Of a DNA stretch of 24,456 nucleotides, positions 7,719 through 16,275 are shown piece by piece (positions within the stretch are counted from its first letter, which is position 1; each line of letters opens with the position of its first letter). This DNA is from Gammaproteobacteria bacterium (lineage in GTDB: Bacteria > Bacillota_I > Bacilli_A > Izemoplasmatales > UBA1188): assembly GCA_024691665.1 (NCBI GenBank), contig JAILNJ010000192.1, forward strand, positions 1 through 24,456, in the 5' to 3' direction. The notes under the pieces are model-generated. The model was not told where the DNA came from and ran no database searches. It was given only the letters and a program-made list of their open reading frames with translations. A program made the position numbers and the translations under genes.

Positions 7719-8666
7719 TTAATTTACCTTCTCTTCTAATCTTCTCACAAACTCATCTTTTAAGTCAAGCGTTGCGATAGTAGCACCACACGCAAGTTCG
7801 TGTCCTCCGCCACCAAAACTCTTAGCTACATCAACAACTGAAATCTCTTTACTTCTTATTTCTACGAAAGCTTCACCATCATCTTTCTCTGTGAAATTTA
7901 CCCAAGCTTCGCAGTTTTCAAGAGTTGCAAGCATATTGATTGTGCCACGAGATGCTTGAGCATCAGTAATACCATACTTGTTTCTAATTTCTTTTGGAAT
8001 AACTACTGAAGCCACTTTATTATTTAAAGTAAAGTTCTCAAGAACATATCCTTTAATCTTTTTAAATCCTTCAGATTCATCCTTAACCATAAGCTTATAA
8101 TCAGTAATAATATCAGCTCCAGCATCGAGTAATACTTTAGCCATTAAGAATGTGTTTGATGTGGTTCCTTTATAGAAGAATCTGTTTGAATCACCAACCA
8201 TTCCAATATATAAAGCATCAGCACTTACTTTTGGAATAGTTAAATTAGTTTCATATAAGAACTCAGTTATAAGTTCTGCGGCACTTGAATATGTTGGAGT
8301 AATAATAACGATATCACCAAAATCTGGGTTAGATTCATGGTGATCCATGATGATAATCTTATCTGCGAATCTATAATTTAAATCATTAAGCATTCCAACA
8401 GATGATTGATCTACTAAAATTAATAAAGCTCCATTATAGTCTTCTTCTTTTACATCATCCATAGGTCTATTATAGAAATTATTAGCGTTATCATCACCCA
8501 CAATTAATATTTCTTTATCTTTAAAATTCTCTTTTAAAGCATAATATAATCCAAATTGACTTCCATATGCATCATAGTCAGGACCCTTGTGTCTTATGAT
8601 TATAATTTTCTTATAATCTTTGATTGTTTGTAATATTTCATTAAATACTTTTTTATTGTTTTCCAT
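7719..8666 (-). CDS. Second DHH/DHHA1 phosphoesterase (NrnA paralogue)
   Basis: HKGPDYDAYGS, LVD, MDHH, GDSNRF, FGGGGHELACG motifs. Confidence 0.88.
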   Translation of the reverse strand: MENNKKVFNEILQTIKDYKKIIIIRHKGPDYDAYGSQFGLYYALKENFKDKEILIVGDDNANNFYNRPMDDVKEEDYNGALLILVDQSSVGMLNDLNYRFADKIIIMDHHESNPDFGDIVIITPTYSSAAELITEFLYETNLTIPKVSADALYIGMVGDSNRFFYKGTTSNTFLMAKVLLDAGADIITDYKLMVKDESEGFKKIKGYVLENFTLNNKVASVVIPKEIRNKYGITDAQASRGTINMLATLENCEAWVNFTEKDDGEAFVEIRSKEISVVDVAKSFGGGGHELACGATIATLDLKDEFVRRLEEKVN

Positions 8667-8697
8667 TTCCTAAACTCCTTTTTGCGTTTAGCAGATT

Positions 8698-8726
8698 AGG
8701 ATATCATAAACAGAATAAAAATGCAA
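8698..8726 (-). promoter_or_regulatory. Candidate promoter of the DHH pair
   Basis: Minus strand TTGCAT (8726-8721), 17 bp, TATCCT (8703-8698) with extended TG; RBS AAGGAG follows. Confidence 0.5.
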
Positions 8727-8733
8727 ATAAAAC

Positions 8734-8757
8734 AAAATAAAAGCGCCAGATGGCGCT
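8734..8757 (-). terminator. Intrinsic terminator after ltaE and the hypothetical gene
   Basis: AGCGCC-AGAT-GGCGCT hairpin (8742-8757) followed on the minus strand by TTTATTTTG. Confidence 0.75.
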
Positions 8758-8770
8758 CTAATACTTATAT

Positions 8771-9103
8771 TTATTCTTCTTCAATTCCTTCGTCGCTACT
8801 ATCTTCGATTTCTTCAAAGTACCAACCCATAATTATACGAGACCATCTTCTATTTGCGAACGAGTAGCGAATACCTTTTTTATCGTTAACGATTTTAACA
8901 ACGTATACACTTCCTTCTTCAAGACCTTTAATATCTTTTGGTTCAACAATTAGATATGTGATAACGTTCTTCCAAGAGGACTTCACAAATCGTGCGATCT
9001 TTTCGCATCTGAATTCACCATAGTTTTCTATGTTGATATATATATCTTTTGTATAATTATCATCGACAATTCTATTATATGGATAAGGTAATTCTATTGC
9101 CAT
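8771..9103 (-). CDS. Hypothetical protein (weak DUF1292-like pattern)
   Basis: 110-aa ORF with RBS GGAG, separated by 1 nt from the ltaE stop. The beta-strand pattern GEFRCEKIARF...YLIVEP...EEGSVYVVKI and an acidic tail resemble DUF1292 only by eye. Confidence 0.7.
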   Translation of the reverse strand: MAIELPYPYNRIVDDNYTKDIYINIENYGEFRCEKIARFVKSSWKNVITYLIVEPKDIKGLEEGSVYVVKIVNDKKGIRYSFANRRWSRIIMGWYFEEIEDSSDEGIEEE

Positions 9104-9104
9104 G

Positions 9105-10109
9105 TTAGCTCTCCTTAATAATCTTTATAGCTTCTATAACTTCTTCTTTAGAAGTGTTATAAGCTGTCACTAATCTTATTATAGCTGAATCATTTAGTGA
9201 TTCCCATACTTCAAACTCTATATATTTAGATATATTATTAATTTTATTATTATCTAATTTAATAAATACTTGATTAGTTGTGTTTGGATATACTATATAT
9301 TCTTTCAATTCTTCTCTTAAAAGATTTGCCATCTCTATAGAATGAGAGGCAAGAGTTAAATAATAATCATCTCTTAAGAATCTATTAAACATAATAGCTC
9401 CCACAAATCCTTTAGAGAGTAAACCTAGTTTATTCTTTAAGATATATTTGAAGTTAACTTTTAGTTCATCATTAACGATAACGAGCAGTTCTCCATAAGG
9501 AAGACCTAACTTAGTTCCGCCAATATAAAACATGTCACATACACTTGCGATATCTTTTAAAGTATATTTTGAAGAGGCTAAAGCTTGAGGAAGTCTTGCA
9601 CCATCAATAAACACATATAGATTTAATGACTTTGCGACCTTATAGATTTCTTTCAGTTCATCAAGTGTATATACTTCACCTAATTCTGTTGCATTAGAAA
9701 GGTACACAGCCTTAGGCATAACCATATGGTTGTCTGTGAACTTTCTATAAGTTTCTTCAATTCCATTTGGGTCAATCTTTCCACCAATGCTCTTAGTGAA
9801 TATAATCTTATGTCCTGAAGATTCAATTGCGCCAGTCTCATGAACATTAATGTGGGATGTCTCAACCGTGATTACTGCTTCATATGGATTTTTAAGTATT
9901 TGAGAGAGTCCAATTATATTAGTAATAGTTCCACCAGATAAGACATAAGTATCTACTTCTTTTTGAGTTAAATTTCTTACTAAAGCATTTAATTCTTTAG
10001 TCTTGGTGTCTTCTCCATATCCAACGAATTTATCATTACTATATTTAATTAATTCATTTAATATTTCAGTACTACCAATTGTATTATAATCGTTCTTTAA
10101 ATTGACCAT
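9105..10109 (-). CDS. ltaE: Low-specificity L-threonine aldolase (PLP-dependent)
   Basis: NDY, GYGED, HETGA, DGARL and GGTK (PLP lysine) motifs; RBS AAGGAGG. Confidence 0.85.
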   Translation of the reverse strand: MVNLKNDYNTIGSTEILNELIKYSNDKFVGYGEDTKTKELNALVRNLTQKEVDTYVLSGGTITNIIGLSQILKNPYEAVITVETSHINVHETGAIESSGHKIIFTKSIGGKIDPNGIEETYRKFTDNHMVMPKAVYLSNATELGEVYTLDELKEIYKVAKSLNLYVFIDGARLPQALASSKYTLKDIASVCDMFYIGGTKLGLPYGELLVIVNDELKVNFKYILKNKLGLLSKGFVGAIMFNRFLRDDYYLTLASHSIEMANLLREELKEYIVYPNTTNQVFIKLDNNKINNISKYIEFEVWESLNDSAIIRLVTAYNTSKEEVIEAIKIIKES

Positions 10110-10127
10110 AGTACCTCCTTTTTTATT

Positions 10128-10156
10128 AAAAGAAAAGCGCGGTACTGCGCCTTTCT
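10128..10156 (-). terminator. Intrinsic terminator after pgi
   Basis: Minus-strand RNA AGAAAGGCGC-AGUACC-GCGCUUUUCU, a 10-bp stem with one G-U pair, followed by UUU. Confidence 0.7.
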
Positions 10157-10165
10157 ATTTATATT

Positions 10166-11461
10166 TTACTTTTTTGTATAACCAGGTTTTCCAAGCATTT
10201 CAAACATATTCTTTTTATAAGCTTCTACACCTGGTTGATTAAATGGATTAACACCTAAAGTGTATCCTGAAATACCACAAGCGATTTCGAAGAAATAGAA
10301 TAAATAACCAAGGTTATATTCATCTATTTCATCAATAGATAATTTGATTCCTGGAACTCCGCCATCATCATGAGCTTTCATAGTAGCAAGAAGCGCAACA
10401 CTATTAACATCATTAACATTCTTTCCAACTAAGTAGTTAAGTCCATCAAGGTTTTCTTTATCAAATGGAACATCTAAATCAGTCTTAGGATTTCTAATAT
10501 CTAAAACAGTTTCAAATAGGTTTCTTCTTCCTTCTTGAATATATTGACCCATAGAGTGAAGGTCACGAGTGAAGATACATCCTGCAGGGAAGATACCTTT
10601 ATTACCTTTACCTTCTGATTCGCCATAAAGTTGTTTCCACCATTCAATTAAGAATGATAAAGATGGTTCATAAGATTCTAAAATTTCAATATTGAATTCT
10701 TTTCTTAAAAGAGCATTTCTTAGTGCAGCATATTCAAGGGCTTCACTGTTTTCTTCTTTTGCGTCTTCCATAGCATCTTTAGCGCCTTTAATCATCTTAT
10801 CAACATCAAATCCAGCGCAAGCAATAGGAAGTAGTCCTACAGCTGAGAGGACACTATAACGTCCACCCATATCATCAGGTACTACAAACATTTCGAAATC
10901 ATTCTTTACACCGATTTCATGTAGGGCACCTTTAGCTCTATCAGTAGTTAAGAATACATGTTCCTTTAATTCTTCTTTCATGTATTTCTTCTTTAAGAGT
11001 TCAAAGAGTACTCTAAATGCGATAGCTGGTTCAGTAGTTGTACCGCTCTTTGATACAACGTTTAGTGAGAAATCTTTATTCCATAAGTAATCTCTAAGTT
11101 GTGAGAGGTAAGTAGATGAAACACTATTACCTGCGAAGATTACTTCTAAACCCTTTTCTTCAAAATAAGGAGTTAATGCATCAATAGTAGCTTGAGCACC
11201 GAGGTATGAACCACCGATGCCAATAACTACAAGCACATCACTATTCATTGAAATAGTGCTTGCGGCTTTCTTAATTCTAGATAATTCTTCTTTATCATAT
11301 GTAACTGGATAATCTACCCATCCTAAGAAGTCATTACCTTCTCCACTCTTATTGAGTAAAGTCTTAAGACCTTCTTTAGCATCAAGTCTAGCTTGAGCTA
11401 ATTCTTCTTCGCTTAAATACTTATAAGCGAGTGATGCATCTAATTTTAAATTTCCCTTCAT
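10166..11461 (-). CDS. pgi: Glucose-6-phosphate isomerase
   Basis: GIGGSYLG, SKSGTTTEP, GGRYSVLSAVG, QLYGESEGK, DLHSMGQ and NPFNQPGVEAYK motifs. Confidence 0.97.
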   Translation of the reverse strand: MKGNLKLDASLAYKYLSEEELAQARLDAKEGLKTLLNKSGEGNDFLGWVDYPVTYDKEELSRIKKAASTISMNSDVLVVIGIGGSYLGAQATIDALTPYFEEKGLEVIFAGNSVSSTYLSQLRDYLWNKDFSLNVVSKSGTTTEPAIAFRVLFELLKKKYMKEELKEHVFLTTDRAKGALHEIGVKNDFEMFVVPDDMGGRYSVLSAVGLLPIACAGFDVDKMIKGAKDAMEDAKEENSEALEYAALRNALLRKEFNIEILESYEPSLSFLIEWWKQLYGESEGKGNKGIFPAGCIFTRDLHSMGQYIQEGRRNLFETVLDIRNPKTDLDVPFDKENLDGLNYLVGKNVNDVNSVALLATMKAHDDGGVPGIKLSIDEIDEYNLGYLFYFFEIACGISGYTLGVNPFNQPGVEAYKKNMFEMLGKPGYTKK

Positions 11462-11462
11462 A

Positions 11463-11765
11463 TTAATTTTCCTCTATTTGTTTATAAGGGTCATCATAGC
11501 CACCCTCTAGACTATCAACATTTACTACTTTAACTACTTCTGGAATTTCTTCTTTTAAAATAGATTCAATTCCATCATAAAGTGTTGTGTCAATGATAGA
11601 ACATCCAACACAAGCACCATAGAATTTGATGTATACTACGCCGTCTTCATATTTTTCAAGTTTGCAATCTCCACCATCTCTTTGGATAAATGGTCTAATC
11701 TTATCTAAAACTTGAATTATTTGCATTTCAATATCGTCATTATAATTACTGCTCATCTTCTTCAT
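11463..11765 (-). CDS. NifU C-terminal domain (Nfu-type Fe-S carrier) protein
   Basis: LDKIRPFIQRDGGD and YGACVGCS (CxxC) motifs. Confidence 0.9.
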   Translation of the reverse strand: MKKMSSNYNDDIEMQIIQVLDKIRPFIQRDGGDCKLEKYEDGVVYIKFYGACVGCSIIDTTLYDGIESILKEEIPEVVKVVNVDSLEGGYDDPYKQIEEN

Positions 11766-12027
11766 CCTTATAATCCTTATTGAAGTTAGGATTTCTTAAA
11801 ATATAATATTGTTGATCTAAAGCGCAGAACTCATTGATGTAATCAGGAATGAATTTCGCATTCTTTTTATCAAACCCCTTTAATCTTAATATATTGTTTG
11901 AATAATCTCCAACGATATACTCATACTTAGTTAAGTATTCTACGAATTTATCTTCAAATTCATTAATTACGAATACTTTTTTATCGTCTTTAATTATCTC
12001 AAACAAGCCTTTGTTTGTTTCTACCAT
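11746..12027 (-). CDS. yutD: YutD / DUF1027 family protein
   Basis: KYEYIVGDYS...LRLKGF...DYINEFC pattern; neighbours an Nfu gene as yutD and yutI do in Bacillus. Confidence 0.8.
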   Translation of the reverse strand: MVETNKGLFEIIKDDKKVFVINEFEDKFVEYLTKYEYIVGDYSNNILRLKGFDKKNAKFIPDYINEFCALDQQYYILRNPNFNKDYKDEEDEQ

Positions 12028-12496
12028 AATATACCTCTTCTAGTAGCACTACTGATTGTGTTAAACATCCTTCGCCCTTTCCAATTATTCCGCACTTTTC
12101 CATAGTAGTCGCTTTTACTGATACGCTTGATTTATCAATATCAAGAATAGCCGCAATTACTTCTCTCATCATTGGAATGTATGGAGCGAGTTTAGGTTCT
12201 TCAATAAGAATCATTGAATCAACGTTAACTACTTTATAATTTCTTTCACTCATCATATCCTTAACTTTTATAAGGATCTTTTTAGAATCTAAATCTTTAG
12301 AATCTTCTTCTTTAAAATAAGTACCTAGATCACCTAAAGCTAAAGCTCCTAAGATTGCTTCTGCGATAGAGTGTAAGAGACAATCCGCGTCACTCACACC
12401 ATCTAGGCCTTTATTATATGGAATAGTAACTCCACCTAGGATTAATAATCTACCTTCTTTAAATGGATGAAAATCAATAGAATTACCTATGCGCAT
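11999..12496 (-). CDS. ispF: 2-C-methyl-D-erythritol 2,4-cyclodiphosphate synthase
   Basis: MRIGNSIDFH (D8, H10), LILGGVTIP, SDADCLLH (H42), ALGDLG, VSVKATTMEK motifs; directly follows ispD. Confidence 0.93.
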   Translation of the reverse strand: MRIGNSIDFHPFKEGRLLILGGVTIPYNKGLDGVSDADCLLHSIAEAILGALALGDLGTYFKEEDSKDLDSKKILIKVKDMMSERNYKVVNVDSMILIEEPKLAPYIPMMREVIAAILDIDKSSVSVKATTMEKCGIIGKGEGCLTQSVVLLEEVYYGRNKQRLV

Positions 12497-13148
12497 ATAA
12501 AATCACCTCTAATAACTTAATATCATATGGTGTAGTAGCTTTAATAGAAATGTTATCTGTCCAGATAAGTTTTACTGAACCGATAAATTTATTAAAAATT
12601 GAAGAGTCATCTGTAAAAGTATCTTTTTGGTTATTTTCTTGGTAAGCCTTAACTAAGAGTTCTCTTTTAAAACATTGAGGAGTAACTACTGAAGCTAAAG
12701 TATGTCTTGAGAAGTATTCGTCAACGAATCCATCTTTAATATGACATGTGGTGTTATAAACTTTAGTAGCTAAAGTAGCTCCGCCTGTTTCTTGAGCAAA
12801 TGATACTAAATTATAAACATCTTCTTTATAGATTAAAGGTCTAGCTGCATCATGAATAATAACGTATTCAGAATCAATTAACTTTAATCCCTCTTGAACA
12901 CTTTCTCCTCTTTCTTTACCACCAAATGTGAATACTACTTTAGGATTATTAACCAAATACTTAAAGTATCTTTGGTCAGCTTTATTAATAACGAGCACAA
13001 TCTTTTCACATAGTGGGTCATCAATAAAGTATTCAAGACTATAAAGAACAAGTTCTTTTCTTCCATTAATCTTATAGAGAACTTTGTTGTAACCAAGTGC
13101 GGCTCTTTGTCCTTCGCCTGCAGCTAATAAAATTGTTTGATAATTCAT
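12483..13148 (-). CDS. ispD: 2-C-methyl-D-erythritol 4-phosphate cytidylyltransferase
   Basis: LLAAGEGQR...NK, GGKERGESV, IHDAARP, TPQCF, TDDSS, KATTPYD motifs. Confidence 0.9.
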   Translation of the reverse strand: MNYQTILLAAGEGQRAALGYNKVLYKINGRKELVLYSLEYFIDDPLCEKIVLVINKADQRYFKYLVNNPKVVFTFGGKERGESVQEGLKLIDSEYVIIHDAARPLIYKEDVYNLVSFAQETGGATLATKVYNTTCHIKDGFVDEYFSRHTLASVVTPQCFKRELLVKAYQENNQKDTFTDDSSIFNKFIGSVKLIWTDNISIKATTPYDIKLLEVILYAHR

Positions 13149-13151
13149 ATT

Positions 13152-14300
13152 CTACTCTCCAAATATTGAATAATTTTTCTTTTTAGAATCTATTGCATCT
13201 TCTAAGGCTTTTTCAGCAATATCTACAACATCTTTTGAATTGATTTGTCTTACTAAAGAATAATCTAACACACCAAAGTTTACTTTAATAAGATCGTTGA
13301 TTCCTGCGATTTTAATCTTATAGTTATAAAGAAGTGATTTAGAATCAGTTAAAGCTTTCTTGAAGTCTTCAAATGTATCTTTATCATCAATTAAAATTGC
13401 GAATCTAATACCTGAAATTCTAAATACTCTAGTAGCTTCTTCTTGGTATGTTGATTTCATGTATTTGATGTAGTCATTCATCATTAAGCTACCTACTTCT
13501 CTTCCATACTTTCTATTAATTTCTGGAATGTTAGTAAGTTCAAATAGCATCAATCCAAACTTCTTATGATTTGAAACATATTGAGATATTACTGTATATA
13601 GTTTATCTACTTTATACATTGAATCAAGTTCAAAGTATGATGTCTCAGTAAATACCATTGGTTCTAAGACTCTCACAGTTGCGATAGCGGTCTTCTTACC
13701 TGATACATTAATGAAGTTACCTCTTTCTTCAACCCAGAATCTTTGGTCACCCTTTTCAATTCTATATTTGATTTTATATTCATTATATCTTTTAGATAGA
13801 TGTTCAATAGTTTGGATATAGTCTCCTCTATCTTGAATAAAGATAGATAAGACATGTTCTTTAAGGTTAACACTTCTATCACCGCCAAATATCTCTTGAG
13901 CTTTATCTGAAAGGAAAACTTCTTTGAAGTTATCTTCATAGAAGACTACTCCTTCTTCAATTAAAGAGATAGTAGAAATAAATCTTTCTCTTAATACTTC
14001 GTGTTCATCCTTAATTCCTCTATATGCCTTTTCAACTTCTACATAATCGTATTCAGTAATTGTATTAGTAATACGCTTAGGAATCATAGTTAATAAGATA
14101 AATGACATATAAAGTAAGATATATCCATCAAATGCCCACACATAAGGTTTAAGGATATCAATGTAATAGAATAAAAGATAAGTTAAGCCAAGCAAAACAC
14201 CAAGTATTCCTTTGATTAAACTTGGTTTATTCTTATTTACAATTAAATTCACTACAAGGGCTATCAAATAGATAGCTAAAACAATATATTCTACTAGCAT
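13152..14300 (-). CDS. Membrane protein with PAS/PAC-like region and degenerate GGDEF domain
   Basis: Three N-terminal hydrophobic segments; PAC-like YRIEKGDQRFWVEERG; GGDEF-fold pattern INRKYGREVG...FRISGIRFAIL...KVNFG...AEKALEDA, with SGIRF in place of GGDEF. Confidence 0.75.
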   Translation of the reverse strand: MLVEYIVLAIYLIALVVNLIVNKNKPSLIKGILGVLLGLTYLLFYYIDILKPYVWAFDGYILLYMSFILLTMIPKRITNTITEYDYVEVEKAYRGIKDEHEVLRERFISTISLIEEGVVFYEDNFKEVFLSDKAQEIFGGDRSVNLKEHVLSIFIQDRGDYIQTIEHLSKRYNEYKIKYRIEKGDQRFWVEERGNFINVSGKKTAIATVRVLEPMVFTETSYFELDSMYKVDKLYTVISQYVSNHKKFGLMLFELTNIPEINRKYGREVGSLMMNDYIKYMKSTYQEEATRVFRISGIRFAILIDDKDTFEDFKKALTDSKSLLYNYKIKIAGINDLIKVNFGVLDYSLVRQINSKDVVDIAEKALEDAIDSKKKNYSIFGE

Positions 14301-14860
14301 TTCTTCTTTAAATAATCAGTAACCTTTTTATATACCATGGCTTTTGGAAGACCTATTACACTAAAGAAGTCTCCATCAACTCTATCAATATATCGTCCAA
14401 TAAATCCTTGAACAGCATATCCTCCAGCTTTATCGTATGGTTCTTCTGTCTTAGCGTAAGCTTCAATATCGCTTAGTTCTATATGATCAATATGAACAAA
14501 ACATTCACTAAAGAATAAATCTTCATAATCTTTAGCTTTAATATAAGCACCAGTAATAACTAAGTGTTTCTTATTCTCTAAACTTTGAAGCATTCTTACA
14601 CAATCTTCATAGTTTTGAGGTTTGCCTAATACTTCATCGCCTAAAAATACTAATGTATCAAAACTTAGTACTAAATCATCAGGATAATCTTTAAATACAC
14701 TATCCCCTTTCTTCTTCGCAAGAGCCATGACTAAGTCTTCATTAGAACTATATGAATCAACGAATTCATCACAGTTTGAAGGTACTACTTTAAAGTCAAA
14801 ACCTAACTCTTTCATTATTTCAATTCTTCTTGGGGATTTAGATGCGAGTATTAAATTCAT
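14294..14860 (-). CDS. maf: Maf family nucleoside triphosphate pyrophosphatase
   Basis: LILASKSPRR, KK, FDT, LGKP, DKAGGYAVQG and IGLP motifs. Confidence 0.95.
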   Translation of the reverse strand: MNLILASKSPRRIEIMKELGFDFKVVPSNCDEFVDSYSSNEDLVMALAKKKGDSVFKDYPDDLVLSFDTLVFLGDEVLGKPQNYEDCVRMLQSLENKKHLVITGAYIKAKDYEDLFFSECFVHIDHIELSDIEAYAKTEEPYDKAGGYAVQGFIGRYIDRVDGDFFSVIGLPKAMVYKKVTDYLKKKC

Positions 14861-14876
14861 ATTTTCACCATTAATT

Positions 14877-14920
14877 ATTATAACCTATTTTTCATTTATT
14901 AATAATAAATGTGATAGAAT
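14877..14920. promoter_or_regulatory. Divergent promoter region for maf (minus) and tilS (plus)
   Basis: Minus-strand TATAAT at 14882-14877 and plus-strand TG-A-TAGAAT at 14912-14920 within a 68-bp intergenic region; both -35 elements are poor. Confidence 0.5.
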
Positions 14921-14928
14921 AAAATCAA

Positions 14929-16275
14929 ATGGATAAAAGAATTAATGATATCTTATCTAAACTAAATAAATATGTGAATAAAGATGAAACACTCGTTGTA
15001 GGTGTTTCAACTGGAATGGACTCTATGGCCCTCTTTTTTATTCTACTTAACAATGGTTATAAGGTTGTGGTAGCCCACATTAATCATAAAAGAAGAGTTG
15101 AATCAGATGCTGAATACGCATATTTAAAAGGCTTATGTGAAAAGATGAATATCCCATTTGAAGGATATGAATTAAATGAAGAAATTAATTCTAACTTCCA
15201 AGAAGTCGCAAGATATAAACGTTATGAATTCTATAAAGAAGTGTGTGATAAATACCACACAAACAAGATTCTTCTAGCTCATCACGCAGATGATGAAGCC
15301 GAGACAGTTCTTATGAGACTCATTAGAGGCACATCATTAAGAGGATATTCAGGAATCAAATATATTAGTGAAGTTGATAGTTATAAGATTATTAGACCTC
15401 TTCTTGGAGTATCTAAATCAGATATCAAAAAATATATTGATGAGAATAATATTAAATACTTTGAAGATTCATCAAATAGTACTGATCACTATACAAGAAA
15501 TGTGGTTAGACATAATCTAGTTAATGTCGCAAAAGAGATTAATCCTGCCTTCCTCTCTCAAGTAGAAAACTATAAAGAAGACATGGAAGATTCTTTTGAA
15601 CTCATCAAAGATTTATCTGATGAGTTTATGGCTAAATACTCAGAAAAATCAAATGATAAAATCATTATTAATAGAACCGAATTTAATAACTTAAAACAAA
15701 TTATTAAGAAGTGGGTTTTAGTTGAAGCTGTGAATTTAATTTCTTCTGATTCACTTATTTTAACTCACGAAAGAATGAGTGAAATTATCGGATTAAGCTT
15801 AAAAGATGTATCAGGAAAAACTATTGAACTCAGTGACTCAATTAAAGTATTTTTAGAATATGACAAAATCATTTTTACTAAACTTGAAGGCAAAACAAGC
15901 ATATCTCTTGAGATAAATGACTTTGGTGATTATGATTTAGGTGATGGAAGAATACTGAAAATATCACAAAAATATCACCTTCTTCCTAACAAAAACTCAT
16001 ATATGTTATGTTATAATGATATAAAATCTGTTTTTCCTATTTTTGTAAAAAATAAGGAAAGTGGTGACAAAATCAAAGTAAACGGAATCACTAAAAAAGT
16101 ATCTCAAATCTTAAAAGATAATAAGGTTCTTAAGAGCGAAAGAGATAAAGTATTAGTTATTTCAAATAAGGATGGAATCTTCTTTATTCCAGGCATTATT
16201 AGAAAAGAAACTGACACCACTTTAGAAAACAAATTGTATATAACTCTTATAGGAGGTAATAGTAATGACATTTGA
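14929..16275 (+). CDS. tilS: tRNA(Ile)-lysidine synthase
   Basis: VGVSTGMDS, AHINH, ARYKRY, AHHADDEAET, IRPLL, EDSSN...YTRN motifs; precedes hpt-ftsH. Confidence 0.95.
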   Translation: MDKRINDILSKLNKYVNKDETLVVGVSTGMDSMALFFILLNNGYKVVVAHINHKRRVESDAEYAYLKGLCEKMNIPFEGYELNEEINSNFQEVARYKRYEFYKEVCDKYHTNKILLAHHADDEAETVLMRLIRGTSLRGYSGIKYISEVDSYKIIRPLLGVSKSDIKKYIDENNIKYFEDSSNSTDHYTRNVVRHNLVNVAKEINPAFLSQVENYKEDMEDSFELIKDLSDEFMAKYSEKSNDKIIINRTEFNNLKQIIKKWVLVEAVNLISSDSLILTHERMSEIIGLSLKDVSGKTIELSDSIKVFLEYDKIIFTKLEGKTSISLEINDFGDYDLGDGRILKISQKYHLLPNKNSYMLCYNDIKSVFPIFVKNKESGDKIKVNGITKKVSQILKDNKVLKSERDKVLVISNKDGIFFIPGIIRKETDTTLENKLYITLIGGNSNDI

